A model generated the notes under the pieces. The model saw nothing but the letters and a program-made list of their open reading frames with translations. It made no database searches and was not told where the DNA came from. From the NCBI GenBank assembly GCA_005776735.1, contig SXOM01000414.1, positions 1-33,892 of the forward strand: 33,892 nt of DNA, given 5' to 3'. Both the position numbers and the translations under genes were made by a program. This DNA comes from Pseudomonadota bacterium. GTDB lineage: Bacteria; Myxococcota_A; UBA796; SXON01. Below are positions 27,805-33,892 of this stretch, in pieces (position 1 is the stretch's first letter; every line of letters starts with the position of its first letter).

Positions 27805-28939
27805 GCTCATCACGCAGACGCAGCGGGCCGGAGCCAACCGCCGCGCGCTGCTCGACGCGTTCGTGCACGACACCGTGCTGCCCCTGGTCGACGACGACCA
27901 CGCGACGTTCTTCTACTGGGACGGCGAGCCCACCGAGGCGGTCTTTCTCCAACACTGGGTCTTCGGCCTCCCGTCGCGCATCGAGCTCCGCCGCATCCCG
28001 AACACCGACGCGTTCTGGCTGCCACTGGACCTGCCGAAGCGGGCCCGCGTCGAGTACAAGTTCGAGGTCGTGCGCCAGGGGAAGGGGCGGTGGTCGGCCG
28101 ACCCGCGCAACCCGCGCCGCGCGTACGATCCGTTCGGGAGCAACTCGGTCTGTCCGGCCTCGTCGTACGAGGACCCGGAGTGGACCCGGCCCGACCCGTT
28201 CGCCCGCGCCGGCACCCTGGTGGAGAGCAAGCTGCACTCGGCCATCTGGCACGGCGACCGCACCTTCCAGGTGTACGTGCCGTACGGCGCGCGCGCCGGA
28301 AAGAAGTACCCGCTCCTCATCGTGCACGACGGCAACGACTTCCAGCACTTCGCCACGATGCGCACGTGCCTGGACAACCTCATCCACCGGCACGAGGTCG
28401 CCCCGCTGTTGGTGTGCTTCACCAGCGGCGTGCAGCGCAACTGGGAGTACGCCGCCAACCCCAAGCAGGCCGACTTCCTCGCGACCGAGCTGCTCCCCCA
28501 CCTCCGGGCGAACTTCCCGGTGCTCGACGGGCCGGAGTTCCAGGGGATCATGGGCGCGAGCTTCGGCGCGGTGTCCTCGTTGTTCGCCGCGGTGCGCCAC
28601 CCGGGCACGTGGGGCCGCCTCATCCTGCAGTCGGGCAGCCTCGCGTTCACCGACATCGGCGAGCACGAGCGCGGCCCGCTGTGGGACCCGATCGTGCGCT
28701 TCGTGAACGAGTTCCGCGCCGAGCCGCCGCACCTGGACGCCAAGGTCTACCAGAGCTGCGGCACGTTCGAGTCGCTGATCTACTACAACCGCAGCTTGTT
28801 CCCCGTCTTCCAGCGTTGCGCCGAGGCGGCGCGCTTCACGGAGGCCCCGGACGGGCACAACTGGATCAACTGGCGGGACCGCCTGCGCGAAGCGCTGACG
28901 TGGAGTTTTCCCGGCCCGCTGTGGATGTACTACGAGTAG
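27788..28939 (+). CDS. Enterochelin-esterase-like (Fes/IroE-type putative esterase) alpha/beta hydrolase with an N-terminal Ig-like domain
   Basis: The N-terminal domain reads ATFFYWDGE..AFWLPLDLPKRARVEYKFEV. The hydrolase part contains YPLLIVHDGNDF, the nucleophile elbow GASFGAVSS and a C-terminal DGHNW. The gene overlaps the upstream gene by 17 nt. Confidence 0.85.
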   Translation: MQRVLELITQTQRAGANRRALLDAFVHDTVLPLVDDDHATFFYWDGEPTEAVFLQHWVFGLPSRIELRRIPNTDAFWLPLDLPKRARVEYKFEVVRQGKGRWSADPRNPRRAYDPFGSNSVCPASSYEDPEWTRPDPFARAGTLVESKLHSAIWHGDRTFQVYVPYGARAGKKYPLLIVHDGNDFQHFATMRTCLDNLIHRHEVAPLLVCFTSGVQRNWEYAANPKQADFLATELLPHLRANFPVLDGPEFQGIMGASFGAVSSLFAAVRHPGTWGRLILQSGSLAFTDIGEHERGPLWDPIVRFVNEFRAEPPHLDAKVYQSCGTFESLIYYNRSLFPVFQRCAEAARFTEAPDGHNWINWRDRLREALTWSFPGPLWMYYE

Positions 28940-28942
28940 GCG

Positions 28943-29440
28943 TCAGTGGCGGCGCGACGTGAGCTGCCGGACCAGGGCCAGCACCGTGTCGCGCGCGCTG
29001 ACGAGGACGTTCTTGCGCACCAGCGCGCGCGGAACCGGCAGATCGACCTCGGTGGACACCCGGTAGGTGACCTCGGTGCCGCCCCCGACGTGCGGCGCCA
29101 ACGACCACTCCGCCGAGTAGGCGGTGATGGAGTCGGACTGGAGCAACTTGTAGCGGAACCCATCGGCGGTGGGGCAGCGCTGGGTGGTGTACTGCAGCGG
29201 GTCCCACGCCCCCTTGACCGTGACGCCGAGGGTGACGCACCGGCCGGAGGAGAGGGTGCGCACGGCCAGCACCTCGGGCGGCAGGAGCGCGGCCACCTCC
29301 GGGTCGGCCAGGGCGGCGCGCACCTCGGCCTCGGACTGCGGGAGCACCACCGACACCGAGGCGACCCCCGCATCATCCATGGAGCCCACCGGCTCCTGCG
29401 CGTACGCCGCGAACGGGGCGAGCAGCACGGGGATGAACAT
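28943..29440 (-). CDS. Hypothetical secreted protein, possibly SRPBCC/START-like fold
   Basis: GGAGG lies 5 nt upstream of the ATG at 29440. MFIPVLLAPFAAYAQEP is a signal peptide. The size and the beta-rich-then-terminal-helix pattern fit the fold only weakly. Confidence 0.55.
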   Translation of the reverse strand: MFIPVLLAPFAAYAQEPVGSMDDAGVASVSVVLPQSEAEVRAALADPEVAALLPPEVLAVRTLSSGRCVTLGVTVKGAWDPLQYTTQRCPTADGFRYKLLQSDSITAYSAEWSLAPHVGGGTEVTYRVSTEVDLPVPRALVRKNVLVSARDTVLALVRQLTSRRH

Positions 29441-29486
29441 CACAGCCTCCGCACCCTTCTACCCCAGGATGGTGCCACCGTCCATA

Positions 29487-29516
29487 CGCAGGTGCGTACT
29501 TTCGTACGCACCTGCG
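29487..29516 (-). terminator. Perfect 13 bp hairpin downstream of the 29530..30162 gene
   Basis: cgcaggtgcgtac-tttc-gtacgcacctgcg begins 14 nt after the stop at 29530. There is no clear U tract, which is common in high-GC genomes. Confidence 0.55.
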
Positions 29517-29529
29517 GCGGACCGACGCC

Positions 29530-30162
29530 CTACTCCGCGAACGCGCCCTGCACGTCGGTGAAGATGCCACCGGCTTCGTCGACGACGAGCTGGATGCGGT
29601 CGGGGAGCGCGGTGGTGGCCTTCACGTCGTCGCCCACGACCTTGCCCTTCGACGCGATCTCGAGCGGGTTCTTGACCAGGCCCGGCAGCTTGCCGGGGAA
29701 GTCCTTGCACGCGCCGGCGAGGCGGATCGCCTCGTCCTTGAGGCCACCGGCGCGGGTGATCGTGCCGTCGGCCGCGTCGACCAGGCCGTTGACCGCGTCG
29801 ATACCCTTCTGGATGTTGTCGGGCACCACGCCCTCGGGGCTGACCTTCGGCATGCGGCCGCTCATCACCACCTTGAGCTTGGTGTTGGCCTTCTTCTTGA
29901 GCTCCGCGAGCGCGGTGCCGAGCGGATCGTCGGTGGCGACCTCGAGCGCGGCGTTGGCGTCGGTGCGCGCCTTCTTGAGCGAGTCGGACTCGGCCTTGAG
30001 CTTGTCCTGGATGCCCTTGGCGGGGTTGAACACGGTGTCGAACTCGCCGATGCCCGTGGCGACGATCACCGGCAGCGGATCCGGCTCCTTGGCCTTGCCG
30101 GCGAAGGCGACGGCGGGGAGCGCGGCGAGGGCGAACAGGGCGATGACACGAGAGAAGCGCAT
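29530..30162 (-). CDS. Hypothetical secreted Lys/Asp/Ala-rich protein
   Basis: MRFSRVIALFALAALPAVAFAGKAKE is a clear Sec signal. GGAG lies 5 nt upstream of the ATG. The protein is 210 aa and I recognise no family. Confidence 0.7.
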   Translation of the reverse strand: MRFSRVIALFALAALPAVAFAGKAKEPDPLPVIVATGIGEFDTVFNPAKGIQDKLKAESDSLKKARTDANAALEVATDDPLGTALAELKKKANTKLKVVMSGRMPKVSPEGVVPDNIQKGIDAVNGLVDAADGTITRAGGLKDEAIRLAGACKDFPGKLPGLVKNPLEIASKGKVVGDDVKATTALPDRIQLVVDEAGGIFTDVQGAFAE

Positions 30163-30173
30163 GTGAACTCCGG

Positions 30174-30214
30174 GAAGCGGACGCGACAGCGTCGCGCCGT
30201 CGTTATCCCGCTTC
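30174..30214 (-). terminator. Nested GC hairpin just downstream of the M20 peptidase stop
   Basis: gaagcgg (30174-30180) pairs with ccgcttc (30208-30214), and cgcgac (30182-30187) pairs with gtcgcg (30191-30196). It lies between the stop at 30220 and the next start at 30162. Confidence 0.4.
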
Positions 30215-30219
30215 GGCGG

Positions 30220-31749
<1,530 letters not shown>

Positions 31750-31785
31750 GCGGTGCATCCTATGGGCCGCGGTTACCGGACGCCC

Positions 31786-32871
31786 GTGCGTGTGCTCCAC
31801 CTGTACCGGCCGGCGCTCCCCGGTACGCGGGCCCAGACCGTCCAGGTCCTCCACACCTGTCACGCGCTGGCCTCGCGCGGGCACGAGGTGTGGCTCCTCG
31901 CCAACCGGGCCCGCGGCGCCCCGGCCGACGTCGACACGATCCTCGCCGACCACGGCCTCGCCCCGGTGCCGACCCTGCACCTCCAGTTGGCGCCGAGCGC
32001 GTGGAGCCCGGCCGCCAGCGCGTGGTTCCGGTGGACGCTCGCCACCTGGTGCGACGCGGCGACCCGCGACTCGGTGGTGTACGCCCGCGAGCTGAAGTAC
32101 CTCGGCCCCGTCGGCGAGCGGCCGCGCGTGGTGTACGAAGCACACTGCCTCGAGAAGCAGCGCGCCGCCGAGGAGGAAGACGAGCCCGGCGTGACCGAGG
32201 CGTGGGAGCGGGCGATGCTCGCGCGCTGCAACGCGCTGGTCACCAACAGCGGGGGCACGCTGGCTGCGCTGGAGGCGGCCTACGGGGCCGCGCTCCCCGC
32301 CCTCCGACGCGTCGTCCACAACGCCACGGCCGCCGACCGCGTGGCGCCCGCGCCGCCGCGGGAGCCCTCGGCGCGCCCGTGCGTGGTCTACGCGGGGTCG
32401 GCGCGGGCGTACAAGGGGGTGGCCGCGCTCGTCGAGGCCTTCGCCGACCTCCCGCAGTTCGACCTCGAGCTGGTCGGCGACACGTGGCCCGGCCCCCTGC
32501 CGCCCAACGTCCGCGCGGGGGGCCCCCTCCCCTACCCCGCGCTGCCCGCCCGCCTGGCCGCCGCCGCCGCGCTCGTGCTCCCGCTCGAGGACAACAGCTT
32601 CGGCCGGCAGTTCACGTCGCCGCTGAAGTTGTGGGACTACCTGGCCACCGGCCGGCCGATCGTGGCCGCCGACCTGCCCACGGTGCGGGAGATCGCCGGC
32701 GACCGCCCGTTCTACTACCCCCCCGGCGACCGGCCCGGGCTCGCGGCGGCGCTCGGCCGGGCGGTCGCGGCCGGGCACGGGGAGCCGCGGGTGCGCACCT
32801 GGGCCGACCGCGCCGCGGAGATCGAGGCCGTGCTCGCCGAGGTCGTCGCCCGGCCCCGGAGCGCACGATGA
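31786..32871 (+). CDS. Glycosyltransferase family 1 (GT4-type)
   Basis: (M)RVLHLYRP..LASRGHEVWLL is a typical N-terminus, and the C-terminal region FTSPLKLWDYLATGRPIVA is EX7E-like. This is the C-terminal part of ORF 30163..32871. The start may be GTG 31786 (chosen), ATG 31762 or GTG 31792. Confidence 0.8.
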   Translation: MRVLHLYRPALPGTRAQTVQVLHTCHALASRGHEVWLLANRARGAPADVDTILADHGLAPVPTLHLQLAPSAWSPAASAWFRWTLATWCDAATRDSVVYARELKYLGPVGERPRVVYEAHCLEKQRAAEEEDEPGVTEAWERAMLARCNALVTNSGGTLAALEAAYGAALPALRRVVHNATAADRVAPAPPREPSARPCVVYAGSARAYKGVAALVEAFADLPQFDLELVGDTWPGPLPPNVRAGGPLPYPALPARLAAAAALVLPLEDNSFGRQFTSPLKLWDYLATGRPIVAADLPTVREIAGDRPFYYPPGDRPGLAAALGRAVAAGHGEPRVRTWADRAAEIEAVLAEVVARPRSAR

Positions 32872-33892
32872 TCCTCTACGTGGTGCGCTACCACCCCGCC
32901 CTGAGCGAGACCTTCGTCCGCGACGAGGTCCGGGCCCTCCGCGCCGCCGGCGTCCCCGTCGAGCTCGCGGCGTTCGACACCCGCGACGACATCTTCGTCG
33001 AGCCGACGGGCGCGCCGCTGCACGCCCAACCCCACCGCGCCGGGTGGTTCGCGGCCGCGCCGACGCTCCTCTTGGAGTGGCTCCGGCGGCCTGCGTGGGT
33101 CTCGCGGCGGGTCCTGTGGCTCGCGGCGATCCTCCGGCGGGCGCGACGCGCCCACGTCCACTTCGCCGGCGAAGCCGCCGAGTGGGTGCGCCTGGCGGCG
33201 ACGCGCGCCGGGGTGCCGTACAGCGTCACGGTCCACGCCGTCGACCTGTACAAGCCCCGCCCGGCGCTGGGCCGGGTGCTCACCGACGCGACCGCCGTCG
33301 TGGCGATGACCACCTACAACCAGGCGTTGGTGCACGATCGGTACGGCGTCACCGCCCGCCTGGTGCGCTTCGGCCTCGACCTCGACGGCTTCGCCCAGGC
33401 CGACCCCGCCGCGCCCGGGCCGGTCCTCTGTGTCGGGCGCGCGGTCCCCAAGAAGGGGCTCGACCTCGTGGCCGAAGTGGCCCGACGCCTCGGCGACCGC
33501 GTCCACATCGACGTGATCAGCGACCTGGCGCCGAGCCCGCCGCTCCGTGTCCTCGGCCTGTTGCCCCACGCCGAGGTGCGCAGACGCCTCGCCGGCGCGT
33601 GCTGCTTCGTCTTGCCGTGTCGCGTCGCGCCGGACGGCGACATGGACGGCCTGCCCGTGGCCCTGGTCGAAGCGATGGCCAGCGGCCTCCCGGTCATCAC
33701 CACCGCGGTCTCCGGCATCCCCGAGCTCGTGGACGAAGCGGTCGGCTGGGTGGTCCCCACCGACGACGTCGACGCCCTCGAAGCCGCGCTCCGGGCGGCC
33801 CTCGCCGACCCCGCCGAGCGGGCACGACGCGGGGCGGCGGGCCGGGCCCGGGTTGTGGCTCGCGGCTACGGGCGGCCGGCGCTCGTGGCGGA
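32868..33892 (+). CDS. Glycosyltransferase family 1, with its 3' end beyond the window
   Basis: My own translation from ATG 32868 (ATGA overlap with the upstream stop) gives MILYVVRYHPALSETFVRDE..GRAVPKKG..DGLPVALVEAMASGLPVITT..IPELV. The ORF is not in the track because it has no stop in the window. Confidence 0.85.
   Translation, partial: MILYVVRYHPALSETFVRDEVRALRAAGVPVELAAFDTRDDIFVEPTGAPLHAQPHRAGWFAAAPTLLLEWLRRPAWVSRRVLWLAAILRRARRAHVHFAGEAAEWVRLAATRAGVPYSVTVHAVDLYKPRPALGRVLTDATAVVAMTTYNQALVHDRYGVTARLVRFGLDLDGFAQADPAAPGPVLCVGRAVPKKGLDLVAEVARRLGDRVHIDVISDLAPSPPLRVLGLLPHAEVRRRLAGACCFVLPCRVAPDGDMDGLPVALVEAMASGLPVITTAVSGIPELVDEAVGWVVPTDDVDALEAALRAALADPAERARRGAAGRARVVARGYGRPALVA

Overview
This is a high-GC bacterial chromosome segment (by eye about 70% or more; not computed). 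It is almost fully coding. I can support 34 protein-coding genes. I found no rRNA, tRNA, CRISPR array, transposase, integrase or phage gene. The gene content suggests Myxococcota, which is an inference: a FYDLN_acid zinc-ribbon protein, a MopE-type Cys/Asp-rich repeat lipoprotein with a lamin-tail domain, a Hanks-type kinase and many lipobox proteins. Recognisable genes are rplM-rpsI, pssA, aspartate kinase, an OmpR-type response regulator with its histidine kinase, truD, arginase, a tandem-FKBP lipoprotein, a three-gene ABC-2 transporter, a Fes-like esterase, an M20 peptidase and two GT1 glycosyltransferases. Most of the very long ORFs in the supplied track (for example 15837..21482, 11076..14804, 21465..24377) are off-frame or antisense artefacts of GC richness. 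I trimmed true genes to starts supported by homology, lipoboxes, RBS-like motifs or ATGA/GTGA coupling. I see no clear self-contained novel system such as a defence, toxin or biosynthetic cluster. The strangest object is at the left edge: one uninterrupted minus-strand ORF joins a complete Ser/Thr kinase and a TM helix to GyrB sequence that starts about residue 200, so it has no ATPase domain. This is either a rearrangement or assembly breakpoint, or a truly odd fusion. Other items worth a second look: a PilT paralogue with degraded catalytic motifs; an AstD-like aldehyde dehydrogenase lacking the catalytic Cys and Glu, next to arginase; a five-gene translationally coupled operon (HK-RR-unknown-aspartate kinase-PssA); a GC-rich REP-like hairpin repeat family in 3' intergenic regions; and several uncharacterised lipoprotein and secreted-protein pairs.
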